A stretch of 64,000 bases of DNA from Octopus vulgaris (GCA_951406725.2 OX597833.1:55552001-55616000), one strand, 5' to 3'; positions 12,583 through 25,364 are shown, numbered from the stretch's first letter. Numbers and translations: made by a program. Notes: generated by a model not told the origin, from the sequence alone.

Positions 12583-12901
12583 CTAGTGGGGGTTGGATGG
12601 GGAGAATCTTTTTCTTTTTTTCCCCCCGGAGAAAATTTTCCACCTTTCTCTGTTTCACCTGCAGCTTCTTTTTGTTTTACTTCAGCTGGAGAAGTCGCTG
12701 CCTTTTCGGGCCCTAATGTGGCCTTTTTGGCCGCACTTATAGCAACGAGGCATCCTTCCCTCAACCGTGACTCGTTGCTTAGTCTCCCCCATCTGTTTAG
12801 TTTCTATATTTTCTAAATCAATCAGAGCAACCTGTACAATCATTTCGAGGCCTTACCCCTGCCAATTCTGCAGTCAAATTGCTGAGGCTGGGAGAATTGT
12901 A

Positions 12902-13320
12902 GGATCTTTTCGGTTTGAACGGCAGTTTTTAACATAATTTCTAGGTAACTAAACACTTTTAAACTTCGTATACTGGTAGAATGTGTTTATAAAACATCTT
13001 TTTCTCTTGGCTTTATTGAAAAAATTCTATAGTTTGTAAGATATTTGTTGCTTTTTTTCTTCAATTTCTGCAATTTCAACCAATCACTGACGTCTATTGA
13101 GGTAAAAAAAAACATTCTGTGCCGTATGAATATGTCCCTCGTTTAAGAAGCAGATTGGGTTTATTTACATTTGTGAAGAAAAAAAGATACCCTTCCCCCA
13201 CCCCTAACCCTAACCGTAAAATAGATTGAAACGCAATAGATCGATACTAAAGTCATAATTATGGGTGACAATTTCATATGACGCCGCGAGAAAAAACTGC
13301 CGTTCAAGCCGAAAAGATCC
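12902..13320. mobile_element. MITE-GG with 8-bp TSD
   Basis: TSD gaattgta. Confidence 0.95.
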
Positions 13321-13858
13321 GAATTGTAATCTTATACTCCAAGCCGTTTATTATGGCTTCCACCAACCAAGCGGAATCTACTTCGAGTGGGATATCTCCT
13401 ACCCTAATTTTGGAAGTTCGCCTTCCAAGATAAACATGTAGGAGAACCACTTCCTCAGTTTTTAATGGCTCCGTTGAAGTTTGCTTTGCCTTTTCCTCGG
13501 TTTTAAAACGGACTTCTATTGCGGCACACTTCACTCATCTTGTGTTGAATGCCACGTAGTTACAAACTGAACGGAGGAACAGCTCCACCGCCTCTTTACT
13601 TGCGTTGTCCAGTTTTTACTTTGATCATATATGATTTGTACATCACGGTGCACCGCAGTGCATTCTGCGCGGTTTCACTGGGAGGGGTAATCACTGTTTC
13701 GCTCCCCTCCCTTTTCATCATATCCTTGTATTTTTCGAGCTCTTAGCTTCTACAATTTGACTTTCTTGAAACACCGTCCGCTGCTGCAAAATTGCTATCT
13801 TTTCTTCCTTGCATAAAGTCTTCTGTTGGCATGCTAATTAAAACTTGTGCTGTCTTCT

Positions 13859-15205
13859 GCCTGTTCCGAAGGACGTTCGGGCCGAAGACATTGGATAACT
13901 TCCAGAAGTCTTTGACCTGGCAATGTTTCAGAGGAGCTTTACCCGTTCGGGATAAACTCACAAGGCATGGTTGGAGTGGACCATCGAACTGCCCAAGATG
14001 CAAGTTGGAGAGGCAGATCTTCCGCTTTTTGTGGAAGGGAAGTGCTCCTCTTGTAAGACGTTCTATCTGCTGTCAGAAACCGTTAAAGGGTGGCTTGGGG
14101 ATGCCTTGGCTGATGATGCGCAGAGATGCGCTGAGGTTAAGGCACCTTTGGCTCTACCTGGATGGTGAACGGGTGTGGTCCCCGCTTGCGAAGCAGATGT
14201 TCCCCAGCTTTGTCAGTTTCGGTGGCAGAGAAACCTGGTTTCGTCGCAGACTTAGATCGAGCATGTGGTATTCGGAGTGCCATAAGGCACTCTGCCACTT
14301 CCGCAGGTCGGGCAATGCCGGCGGCTTTGGTACCACCGCAGCTTTCTATAGCAGGTTGGTAGAGGCCGGAAATGACGATGCCTTAGGAAGGACCTTGGGC
14401 CTCGATAGAAATCAGTTGGACAGCCTGTTCCGAAGGACGTTCGGGCCGAAGACGTTGGATAACTTCCAGAAGTCTTTGACCTGGCAATGTTTCAGAGGAG
14501 CTTTACCCGTTCGGGATAAACTCACAAGGCATGGTTGGAGTGGACCATCGAACTGCCCAAGATGCGAGCGGGATCTGGAAACAGTCTCGCACGCTATTGT
14601 TCAGTGTCCGGAAGTTTCGGACGTGTGGGTATATGCCGAACACCTGTTGTCGGACGGAAGAAGAGTACAGCTATCGGCTGAGACAATTATAAAAATTGAC
14701 TCGCCTAGCTTTTTGACAAGTGAAGGTAAGCATTGCTTTCTCAGTACAGTAGCAGTAGCGAAAGAGTGTATATGGAAGACCAGAATGAAAGCGGTAACGA
14801 CAGGCACCGTGATCTCTGGCTCCGCCTTGGTGACCTATTTCAGGTTCCACCTAAAAAGAAAGGTGGAGTTGGAGAAAAGGTGTCTGTCTGCGTGTGAGTT
14901 CGATAAAATATGGAAGCGTGTGGCACGGTTGCTGCGAGTGAGAGGAGCCACGTAAACATGCTGTAGGTTGGCTGCCGAGTTTCGGTGGGAATAGCAGGGC
15001 TCGTGGGGTCGGCAATCCTGGTGTTCCCACTTCATGTGTTCCCTTTATGTTGTGTTGTTGTTGTGTATCATTCGATTTATCCGATTTTTGTGTAATTTTT
15101 AAAAAAAAAGTTCATTTTTTCTGTAAATACCATTTGTGTCTCATGACCCCAAATCATGATGTATTGTCCCATTCTTCGTTGGCCCCTTGTAGGTAATAAA
15201 GAAAT
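13859..15205 (+). mobile_element. 5'-truncated Tx1/L1-like LINE with rearranged 5' end
   Basis: ORF2 C-terminal region (KGGLGMP, LPVRDKL, CPRC..ETVSHAIVQC); TSD aacttgtgctgtcttct (13842/15206); 13859-14002 duplicates 14424-14565. Confidence 0.92.
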
Positions 15206-15469
15206 AACTTGTGCTGTCTTCTATAATATCTTCACTTGTGCCAGGTACACTTACAGTTCTTGGTTTTACTAGGTGATTTGTCTATTTTATTATTTTTTTT
15301 GAAAGCTACAAACCCGCCTCATTTGCACAAGGATGGGGGGAAAACGTTAAGAAAACTCTTGCCACAAGCAGAAAAATAGGTGTTTAAAAGAAAAAAAAAA
15401 CTCAAAAATTCAACAACGTAATTAATCAACAGTGCAAATTCAATTAAACATAAATATTACAACTGTTAT

Positions 15470-15828
15470 ATATTTAAGAGATTAGGAATTTTGTACATTA
15501 TTTACATTTGACGGATATTTGTCTTTATCTTGTTTGTTAACAACGTCTCGGCTGCTATAACCCTTCAGCCAAGGACGAAGAGGGGAAAAAAAAAAACAAA
15601 AAACATCCCTCAAACCGTTGCTATCTATAAAATAGACAAAGCTATGTTGGCGAACCGATTAAAAAACAAGGGATTTCTGAGGAAAGACTTTTCCCCACTA
15701 ATGTCTTCGGGAAATTTGGAACCTAGGTTCTCATTCCTAAAGTATTTTTCGATGTTATTATTCAGGTCACTACCTGGAATCGAACTCGGAATCTTGGGGT
15801 TAGTAGCTCGCGCTCTTAACCACTACGC
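15470..15828 (-). mobile_element. tRNA-headed hammerhead-tailed element, left arm (catalytic core replaced by an insertion)
   Basis: A box TAGTGG and B box GTTCGATTCC on the minus strand; inverted copy of 15835-16445. Confidence 0.65.
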
Positions 15829-15947
15829 CATATGCCCGTAGTGGTTAAGAGCGCGGGCTACTATGATGCGAAGTTCGATTCCAGGCTGTGACCTGAATAA
15901 CATCGAAAAATACTTTAAAAATGAGAACTCATGTTCGAAATTTTCAA

Positions 15948-16399
15948 GACACCTGATGAAGGCTGGAGGGGGATCTTTTCGGTTTGAACGGCAGTTTTTT
16001 CTAGCGGTGTCATAAGAAATTGCCACCCATAATTATGACCCTAGTATCGATCTATTGCATTTCAATCTGTTTTAGGGTTGGTAGGAAGGGTATCTTTTTT
16101 TCTTCACAAATGTAAATAAACCCAATCTGTTTATTGAACGAGGGACATATTCATACGGCACAATGTTTTTTATCTCAATGGACGTCATTGATTGGTTGAA
16201 ATTGCAGAAAAAACAACAACAATAAATATCTTACAAACTATAGAATTTTCTCAATAAAGCCAAGAGAAAAAGATGTTTTATAAACACATTCTACCAGTAT
16301 ACGAAGTTTAAAATTTTTTAGTTACCTAGAAATTATGTTAAAAACTGCCGTTCAAACCGAAAAGATTCCTGGAGGGTATATCAGCCGAAACGTTGTGTT
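15948..16399 (+). ncRNA. Minimal type I hammerhead ribozyme (split by MITE in stem II loop)
   Basis: GACAC-CUGAUGA-A-GGCUG...CAGCC-GAAA-CGUU-GUGUU; stems I and II pair; palindromic ACGU stem III. Confidence 0.6.
15971..16368. mobile_element. MITE-GG with 8-bp TSD
   Basis: TSD ctggaggg. Confidence 0.95.
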
Positions 16400-17799
16400 A
16401 ACGAACAAGATGAGGACAAATATCCGTCAAATGTAAATATTACAACTTACGCCAAACCTTTCGAACAACGCAAAAACGAGAATGACGATCAAGTCGGCGA
16501 GATGATTGTAAACGATCGACGAAGCCCAACGATAGATCAAATTACCAGACATGAAAATATGTACTGTGGTTGATTTATCCAACTAAATGCTTCAATGCGA
16601 TTATTTTTAAAGATCATCCCGGAGCGAGGCCGGGGTGACCGTTTCGCCTTTTCACTTTATTCATTTTCATGTGTTGATTGTCCCCCATATATGTGTTTCT
16701 GCCCTGTATGTCGGCCCCTTGTGGGCAATAAAAAAGTTACGCACTGGGGGGGGGGGGGTCGATGTAATCGATTCAATCCCTTTGTCCTTGTTTGTCCCCT
16801 CTGTGTACGTCTTGTGTGTCTGCCTGTTCTTTCAGACCCTAGACGAGATTGCGAATCCTCTGTACACCAAGATGCCCCAGAATGGCCGCACTCCAATTAA
16901 GCAAGTAAAAAAATATATATATATATATATTAAATCCGACTATTGTATAACATTCCGACACCAATTTACGTCTGAGCTTTGATCCCCAAAGGTTTTTAAC
17001 TTATTGCAGGGGTTTTTCTTAGTTATGAACTGTTGCGGCTTTGAAACCATTAGAGTTAGCGCGAATTGAGCTGTTTCTTCTATGTCATGCTGTTAATGTC
17101 GGGATTACAGTGGTTTCCAAAATTAAACATTCCAAAGCCTAGGTTTCTTTATTTTGTAAATCTATCGGGGGCTATCTGTACAATCATTTCGAGGCCTTAA
17201 AAACAAAAAAACAAAAAAAAAAAAAAAAAGCTAAAAAAAAAAAAAAAAAAATCTTCGAAGAAAAAATATTTTCTCAGCGGTTTGGTCATATTTTATACCT
17301 GATGCATTGTCAGGTGAAACTTTCGACAGATTAAAAAAATATTTTTTTAATGTTACAACAAACTAACGAGAACATTTCAAGTATTCTTTATTCAAATAGT
17401 TACAAAATTTTCAGTTAAATTTCTAGTGTAAAATTGCAATAGATTTAAGAAATTACAAATTTAGAAAAATCAAAAAAAATCAAAAAAATCTGAAGGTTTT
17501 ACATGTAATAGGGTAGCCAGGGTATTTCAAATATTTTAGTTTATTCAACTATAACGGTTCAAATCTTTGCAATTTCGAGAGAGGATTAAGTTGTTAACAA
17601 CCCATTCAACTCTTATTGATCGACCTCGATTGATCGACCCCGAAAGAGGAAAGGCAAAGTAGAACTTAGCGGAATTTCAACTCGGAACGTAAAGATGGAC
17701 GAAACGGCGCTAAAGCATTTTGCCCCGCAGGTTAACGAGTCTGCCAGGTGGCAGAAAATAAAACCCGAATAATTGACTCTAAAGAGTTGAAGTTAGTTT

Positions 17800-18190
17800 G
17801 CAGATTTTGAAACTTGTAAATATTCGACATCAACGTCGGAACACATAAAATACAAAAAGTGTTATATTGCAAACTGAAGTCAAAAAATAGCGGACAACAG
17901 TTTAAATAAATCACACAGAATACAGTGGACGAGAGGGCGAGTTGAGAAAAACTGACCATCGTTTGAAAAAACGAGAAAATGATAGAGAAAAAAAATCAAG
18001 TTCTAATTGTTGGTTTTGATATTTAAGGTGGTGTTGATACCGAGATGCTCTTTGATGGAGGACATCTATGTACAGCGACGGTTTTTAACAGCAAATTATT
18101 CGATGTTCGTAGTAAATTGCAAGTACTTAGATTACTTTTGAAGCTACAGGTTTCTGTTCCAGCAAAATCATCCATATTTCTGAGGAATTC
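17800..18190 (-). pseudogene. 4-TM family pseudogene
   Basis: NLSTCNLLRTSNN and CILCVPTLMS..FQNL remnants in different frames; acceptor-like tttccattgtttcttag at ~18300. Confidence 0.7.
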
Positions 18191-18537
18191 ACTTCTGCCG
18201 ATATAAAGCCAACTGACATAAAAAAAAAAAAAAAAAAAAATTTCCTCCACCAAAAGCACCTTCAAGTGGTTGTCTTTTTTCTCAACTGCGTTACCTAAGA
18301 AACAATGGAAAATAAAAGAAAATTTACTGGTTTTCAATTGATAAAAAACGGTTTAAAGAAAGGACTCGTGTTTTAGTCATTTACCATTATTACATACCTA
18401 TCATTTTATGACGTGGTATTAATACTTAAAGTTATTCTTTAGCTTGTAATAACATTGGAAATTTAAGAAAATTATGTCCTATTAGTAATCCTTGGAAAAT
18501 AGAAATGGACGTTAAGTGTCATAAGGAGTCAGTATTA

Positions 18538-18939
18538 GGATCTTTTCGGTTTGAACGGCAGTTTTTCTAGCGGTGTCATATGAAATTGTCACCCATAATT
18601 ATGACCCTAGTATCGATCTATTGCATTTCTATCTGTTTTAGGGTTAGGGGGAAGGGTATCTTTTTCTTCACAAATGTAAATAAACTCAATCTGTTTCTTA
18701 AACGAGGGGCATATTCATACGGCACAGAATGCTTTTTTTTTACCTCAATAGACGTATTTGATTGGTTGAAATTGCAGAAATTGAAGAAAAAGACAACAAA
18801 TATCTTACAAACTATAGAATTTTCTCAAGAAAGCCAAGAGAAAAAGATGTTTTATAAACACATTCTACCAGTATACGAAGTTTAAAATTTTTTAATTACC
18901 TAGAAATGTTAAAAACTACCGTTCAAACCGAAAAAATCC
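18538..18939. mobile_element. MITE-GG
   Basis: TIRs; family match. Confidence 0.9.
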
Positions 18940-19091
18940 GATTTTAGTAGATTCATTGTGTAAATTGGTCTTGTAGAATGCATTTTAGTATTCCGTCCTA
19001 CATGTACATACACCATATAAAATGTTAGACGTTTCCTGAGAGTAGAATTCACTAAATAGATATTAAAACAGATATTAGAGTTAAATAGATG

Positions 19092-19907
19092 TTAAAACAG
19101 AATTTTCTCCGACAGTATACTCACTTTTTTTGGCAGTGTCTGGGTAAATTTATCTGCAAAATAGGACATCAACCATGGTATATACAGCAGAAATAAAAGC
19201 ATGGTAGAACTGATAAGAACAGTGACAGGTACCCATTCCCTATGTAGATGGTACATAACGCCAGCAGATACCACATTAAGAAAGGAACAAAAGAGACAGA
19301 TTAAGAACATGCGGTCTGAGAAACTTGCTCTTTTGTTTGCAAGATGAAAGATAACACAGAAGTTTATCAACGAGTTGATGGCTATAACCGTGTCTAGAAT
19401 AATATTCCAAGAGTTTGGCATAGTTGAAAAATTGCGGATTCTTTCCGCTAGATCTATACAGCTGCAGAATAAGGTAATAAATGATAGCAACATGTAGGCT
19501 ACCGTATGGAGCAATTGTATACTATGATCAGTAGTGTTCAGCTGGGTTTGCTGTTGAGCGCTGGATTCAGGTTTCGGAGATGGTTCTAACGCGGTCATTC
19601 CTATAGTTTCTCCCTCGCTGCTGATATAAGAAACAAGTGACAGACGACGTGTTGGCCCCGAAACACCCGTGGTTTGTGACAAACTGCTTGTACTTTCATC
19701 TGCTTTCTCATCACCACCACCAGGATTGGCTTCCTTATTTACATCAGAAAAAAGTGATGGACGACGTGTTGGCTCTGAAACATCCGTTGGCTTTGAAACA
19801 TCCGTTGGCTTTGAAACATCCGTGGTTTGCGGCAAATTGATTGTATGTTCATCTGTTTTATTATCACCATTTGGACCGCCTTCGTTACTTCTTTGATATT
19901 CTGCCAT
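19092..19907 (-). CDS. 4-TM family paralogue with duplicated N-tail module (271 aa from MAEYQ)
   Basis: Intact ORF; start chosen by conserved agaa(g)gaATGG context; two PTRRxS modules; RNFS sequon; four TM segments. Confidence 0.85.
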   Translation of the reverse strand: MAEYQRSNEGGPNGDNKTDEHTINLPQTTDVSKPTDVSKPTDVSEPTRRPSLFSDVNKEANPGGGDEKADESTSSLSQTTGVSGPTRRLSLVSYISSEGETIGMTALEPSPKPESSAQQQTQLNTTDHSIQLLHTVAYMLLSFITLFCSCIDLAERIRNFSTMPNSWNIILDTVIAINSLINFCVIFHLANKRASFSDRMFLICLFCSFLNVVSAGVMYHLHREWVPVTVLISSTMLLFLLYIPWLMSYFADKFTQTLPKKVSILSEKILF

Positions 19908-20573
19908 TCCTTCTCTAGACGTAACCTTCTCTTGCTGACACAATGAAAAATAATGTTTTCCCCCTCTGATATTTATAACCAATTCACCATGTTTGGTTGT
20001 CTTAGGAAACAATAGAAATTCTTAAAATACCTTGAGTTGAGTTTTTAAAAATCACTGAAATAAACTATTCCATCGTTTCAACTTCAGGGTTTTTTTTTAC
20101 TCCAAGTCAATCACATTTTGCAGATCATTCTAATCCACGCGGTTTCAATTCTCGAGTTGACATTATCAAATTTAATTTGTGCTGCAAAATATTATTGGAA
20201 ATATATGAACACTACTTGTCGCTCATATTCACATTGTTTATCACCAGTGGTATTCCATTTCACTGTTCAACTCGCCTTTTGTTTGGTATTTTGATTCATA
20301 ATTCTCAATTAACAAAAAAAATAAACTGATGTCGATGTAATTGAATAACAACTTCTGCCTCTAAAACTGCTTGTCTTGTGTTAAAATTGGAAACAAGTAA
20401 GGACGGTGGATTTACAGAACTGCTATAATGTCGAGCAAATGCCGTGCTATATTTGTCTAGCTCTTTACGATCTGTGTTCGAATCCCAGTCAGGCCCATTT
20501 TGCCTTTCGTCTTTTGAATGTCGATGAAATAAAGTACCATTCAAGTACTGGGGCCGATTTAATGGACTTAACC

Positions 20574-20804
20574 TATTTCTTTACTACCCACAAGGGGCTA
20601 ATCACAGAGAGGACAAACAAGGACAGACAAACGGATTAAGTTGATTATATCGACCCCAGTGTGTAACTGGTACTTAATTTATCGACCCCGAAAGGATGAA
20701 AGGCAAAGTCGACCTCGGCGGAATTTGAACTCAGAACGTAACGGCAGACGAAATACCGCAAAGCATTTCGCCCGGCGTGCTAACGATTCTGCCAGCTCGC
20801 CGCC
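20574..20804 (-). mobile_element. SINE-A, full length
   Basis: TSD tttaatggacttaacc. Confidence 0.9.
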
Positions 20805-21154
20805 TTTAATGGACTTAACCCTTCCCCTCAAATTGCTACACTTAGGCCTAAATTAGAAACGATTCGCACTTTTTCCATAAGCAGAATCGGCAGAGAGTCG
20901 GACAAAATAGTTTTCAGGATTTCTTTAGGCTCTTTATGTTCTGAACTCAAATCCTGCCAAGTTCAACTGTACTTCTTCTCCTTTCGGAGTTGAGAAAAAG
21001 TACCAATCAAACACAGGGTTCGATAGTATCAGTTACAAGTCCAGCCACTTAATCGTCGTCGATGACTAGAGCAGTCGCGAAAACGCCGTTGCTCTTCCCA
21101 AACAAGAGTCTTCAACAGAACACCAGTGTAGAAGCTCCAACGATCGCATTTCTT

Positions 21155-21641
21155 TATTTCATTTAATTTGCCACAAGGGCATCACACAGATGGAAGCTTT
21201 GCGGACTGGACACGGACATTAATGGGATGAATGATAATGATGCAAGGATGATAAGGATGGGAGAAGGCGAAAAGCGCCCGCCGACTTTCGCTTCTCTAAA
21301 ACATTTTTCTTTTTTCTTTTTTCCATAAAACACAATGAGGCAATAAACCTCTTACATAAACGACACAATGTTCAGAATTCTTTTTTCGTTTTTCAAACAC
21401 AATGAGCCTATAAACCTCGTACCTTACATAAAAAGTCACATATTTCACATTTTCTAGACTCGTTCAGGTTATCCGGCCGACCAGTATCCTTGCTTCATTG
21501 AAGCATCTACTCAGTTCCAGGCCGGACCACACAGCCATAAATCAGTAGGAGTACTCCGGGAAGGAATTTATGATCCTGCACAGATCACTATCTCATAGGA
21601 CCTCCACAGACACCTGCGAAGGCCACTCAGGGCCCTCCGTG
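21155..21641 (-). mobile_element. LINE 3' fragment nested in an older LINE
   Basis: TSD ccaacgatcgcatttctt (21137/21642). Confidence 0.7.
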
Positions 21642-21659
21642 CCAACGATCGCATTTCTT

Positions 21660-22700
21660 AACAAGTGAGTGCCTGTCTACAATACAGTTGCTATACACCT
21701 AGTGTCATTCTTCCTTTGACCAAGATCTGCAGATTAGTCAAGGATATAAGCTGTAGAAAAAAAAGTACCTCACACAACATGCTCATATCTGCACACTGCT
21801 CATGAATCAGTGTAGATGACTGTCTCAGTGCAAGTATGGACATTACTAGTCACAGCAATCCGAGCCTTCCAACCAGAGGATAGTGACAGCTGGTGGACTG
21901 CCAGACAAGCGAAATGCACCCATTTCACAAGAAGCTCCAAATGTGTCAAACGAGAAACAAAGCAAGTCACGGCGGTCAAGCGATAATATATAACGGAGGT
22001 GACATATGTCTGCAACATCTACCCCACCTTTCAAAAATAGCTCCCACTCGGTGCATTTCTGGGTGAGATTGGCTCTGCTTCCCTCCGTCCAACGCCCCAC
22101 AGCACTATCTGACAGCATGGACTTACTTAAACAGGTGCCGAACTGTAAACCCACCAACTTGTTCCTGTTAAGTTTTGACTCTGTGCAGATCTTGTGTTCC
22201 TTAAGAATGGTGCTGACCACTTCGATTTTCATGGTATCAAACTCCAGGAAGATGACAGTCTGCATATATCGAGTCGGCGCTTTCGATTCCCCGTTTGAAC
22301 GAGGTGTCCTCCAACAGCTCCAATTTCTGCATTAGTGGTTCGGGAGTCATTTCGTATAGAAAAAACTGAGAGAAGACATCCTTGACGAACCAAACGCTTG
22401 ATTTTAAACGGTTCCGATAGGTTTAATTTGAGTAAATGCCGTTGAAGAGAGGACGGTAACTGTCTTCCTAGAGCTGCCAAGAATCAATGATGTAAGCTAT
22501 CAAAATTGATCCAAGTTTATTTGCTTTACACAACTCCAGGTTTACTACTAACCATCCTTACAGTGCATCGCATAAAGACGAGGATCAGTTATCTTGGATA
22601 GACGGGGTCGGTATCGTACACATTTGCACTTTCCCGAATGCGCTACTGACAAGTATCAACATTTTCTCTCGTATCTTGGTTAAAAATCTTAAACTCTGTT
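21660..22700 (-). mobile_element. Highly decayed Tx1/L1-like ORF2
   Basis: VRQGCLLS, NKLVGLQFGT, VGRWTEG and VIYYRLT remnants across frameshifts. Confidence 0.75.
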
Positions 22701-22764
22701 TTATCGGAAACGGCATGTGGAACTGAGAACTCGCCCGTTTTGCCGCTAATTGCGGTAGACGTTT

Positions 22765-23179
22765 TATTTCTTTACCGCCCATAAGGGGCAACACACAGAG
22801 GAAACAAACAAGGACAGACAAAGGGATTAAGTCTATTACATCGACTCCAGTGCATAACTGGTACTTATTTAATTGACCCCGAAAGGATGAAAGGCAAAGT
22901 CAACCTCGGCAGAATTTGAACTCAGAATGTAGCGGCAGACGAAATACCTATTTCTTTACTACCCACAGGGGGCAACACACAGAGAGGACAAAGAAGGACA
23001 GACAAAGTAATTAAGTCGATTACATCGACCCCAGTGCATAACTGGTACTTATTTATCGACCCCGAAAGGATGAAAGGCAAAATCAACCTCGACGGAATTT
23101 GAACTTAGAACGTAGCGGCAGATGAAATACTGCTAAGCATTTCGTCCGGCATGCTAACGTTTCTGCCAGCTCGTCGCCT
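22765..23179 (-). mobile_element. SINE-A dimer
   Basis: Flanked by aattgcg(g/a)tagacgt. Confidence 0.85.
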
Positions 23180-23483
23180 TAATTGCGATAGACGTCTGGC
23201 AAGACTCTGGCAAACAGTACAGGCATACATGCGCAAAGCTCGTTGACCAGGTTTTTCTAAGCAGGTGATCTGCGCATTGTATAATCAGTAACCACATCCC
23301 GCATTACATTTCGCATCCATCTTCCGCCGTGAGTAATGCCAAGCCGTAGAGATCGGCTGTAAAGTCCACCATTGTCTCCTGTCAAGCCGCCCGTCCGCTG
23401 AGCAGGAAAAAAAAATGTTTGACAAGACAAGCAGACCTGCTCATAGTTAAGGAACTGCTGTACAAGTCAACCTCAGCATAGTT

Positions 23484-23680
23484 GCAATGGCCCAGTGGTT
23501 AGGGCAGCGGACTCGCGGTTGTAAGAACGCAGTTTCAATTCCCAGACTGGGCATTGTGAGTGTTTATTGATCAAAAACACCTAAGCTCCACGAGGCTCCG
23601 GAGGGCGGGGGTGAACCCCCGCTGTACTCTTTCACCACAACTTTCTCTCACTCTTTCTTCCTACTTCTGCCACAAAGCAG
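23484..23680 (+). mobile_element. SINE-B 5' part
   Basis: Matches 41830-42020. Confidence 0.75.
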
Positions 23681-24009
23681 AGGAACCGTGGTGTAACCCA
23701 CTATGGTGTGGTAAACTTTCAGACCCTAGACTGCATTGCGAATCCTCTGTACCCCAAGATGGTTCAGCTCTCCACCTGTTAAAAGCCACCGTTTACGGAA
23801 TGAGGGTAACAACGTAGCTTTCGCGCCCGTGCAACCGCCAGTCTATCGCGTGTGGTGGGTGGATCTTCAAGTTGCTTAGAGTAGGCTCGAATTAGAGATT
23901 ATTCTTTGTGGCTAATGGCGTGAGTCCTGATTGAAAGAAGAAGAAGACATCAACCATTTTACAGCATGTACCGGGTGCTTTTTTTTATGCCAGCAGTGGG
24001 TGTTCTACG

Positions 24010-24830
24010 CGTTTTTTTATATTGTGGGTTGGTAGAGTCTGAATGTAACGATGGCCTGGGGGCGACTCTAGGTCTCGGGTATATTCAACTCGACAGCCTG
24101 TTCCACCGTACATTCGGGTTGAGAACGTTAGACAATTTCCAAAAGTCCTTGACTTGGCAAAGTCCTTGCCCGTTTGGGATAAACTCGCAAGACATGGAAA
24201 GTCTCACTCTCCGACCTGACTAAGATGCTGGTGGGGGGGGGATAGGAAAACCATCCCTCACGCTATTGTCCAGTGCCCGGAGATATCTGAAATGTGGGTT
24301 TATGCTGAACACCTATTGTCCAGCGAAGGAAGAGTTCAGCTATCGACTGGGTCAATTATAAAAATTGACCCATCGGAATTTTTAACAAATGAAAGTAAGA
24401 ACTGTTTTCTCACGGTTGTAGCAATAGCGAATGAGGCAGTATGGATGACTAGGATAAAAGAGATTAAGACGGATAACATTATCTCCGGTCACGAGTTAAG
24501 ATCGTTCACTTTTCACTTGAAAAATAATGTGTGGATGGAGAAGAGATGCTGTCGGAGAATGTGTTAAAAAAAAAGATTGAAGCATGTTGCACGAGTGCTG
24601 TGCGTGCAAGAAACCATATGAATAAGACAAAGAAAAAAAGAATTAAAAGGTACCAGCGATAGATCGGGGCTTGTGGGGGTCGGAGCATGGCCTGATCATC
24701 GCTTCATTTGTATTGTCTTTGTATTGTTAATTTCATTCGATTTTTTATATTGTATTTAAATTTTTAAAGTCACATTATATGTAAAATCATATCGCTTTAC
24801 TGATCCCATCAGTTGTTCTGTCCATTTCTA
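24010..24830 (+). mobile_element. Decayed Tx1/L1-like LINE 3' part
   Basis: LDNFQKSLTWQ and WVYAEHLLS..RVQLS with frameshifts. Confidence 0.8.
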
Positions 24831-25200
24831 CGTTAGCACGCCGGGTGAAATTTCGTCCGCCGCTACGTTCTGAGTTCAAATTCCGCCGAGGTCGACTTTG
24901 CCTTTCATCCTTTCGGGGTCGATTAAATAAGTACCAGTTAAGCACTGGGCTCGATATAATGGACTAAATCCGTTTGTCTGTCCTTGTTTGTCCTCTCTGT
25001 GTTTAGCCCCTTGTGGGTAGTAAAGAAATAGGTATTTCGTCCGTCGCTACGTTCTGAGTTCAAATTCCGCTGAGGTGGGCCTGGCTTTTCATCCTTTAGA
25101 GAGGGTCGATAAATTAAGTACCAGTGAAACACTGGGGTAGATGTAATCGACTACCCCCCCCCGCTCAAATCTGAGACCTTGTGCCTCCAGTAGAAAGGAT
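24830..25200 (+). mobile_element. SINE-A dimer, diverged
   Basis: Family match. Confidence 0.75.
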
Positions 25201-25364
25201 TATTACTAAGTCAGTCAGCTGGCAGAATCGTTAGCAAGCCGGCCTTACGTTCTAACGTAAATTTTACGTTCCGACTTTACTTTCTGAGTTCTAATTCCAC
25301 CGAGGTCGACTTTACGTTTGATCCTTTCATGGTCATGTAAAATGATATTACGAGGAAATTCTTA

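Larger units (their letters stand above)
11870..13760 (-). mobile_element. Decayed ORF1 (gag-like) of non-LTR element, split by two MITEs
   Basis: 13304..13534 (EVRFKTEEKAK...VYLGRRTSKIRVGDIPLEVDSAWLV) is homologous to 47153-47740. Confidence 0.65.
15835..16445 (+). mobile_element. tRNA-headed hammerhead-tailed element, right arm (interrupted by MITE)
   Basis: A/B boxes at 15839-15884; hammerhead core reconstitutes when the MITE and one TSD are removed. Confidence 0.65.

Noticed and set aside
13792-14955. Novel 387-aa host gene
   Set aside because: Truncated LINE ORF2 within TSDs; the N-terminus comes from flanking DNA
18580-18885. Small secreted-protein family MKLSPIIMTLV.. (also 10154, 25378, 28929)
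   Set aside because: Incidental frames inside the MITE; frameshifted differently in each copy
19908-20012. N-terminal extensions in the ORF track for 19092..20012 and 30053..30751
   Set aside because: They begin at non-ATG codons overlapping the conserved acceptor/UTR; paralogue alignment places the starts at 19907 and 30652
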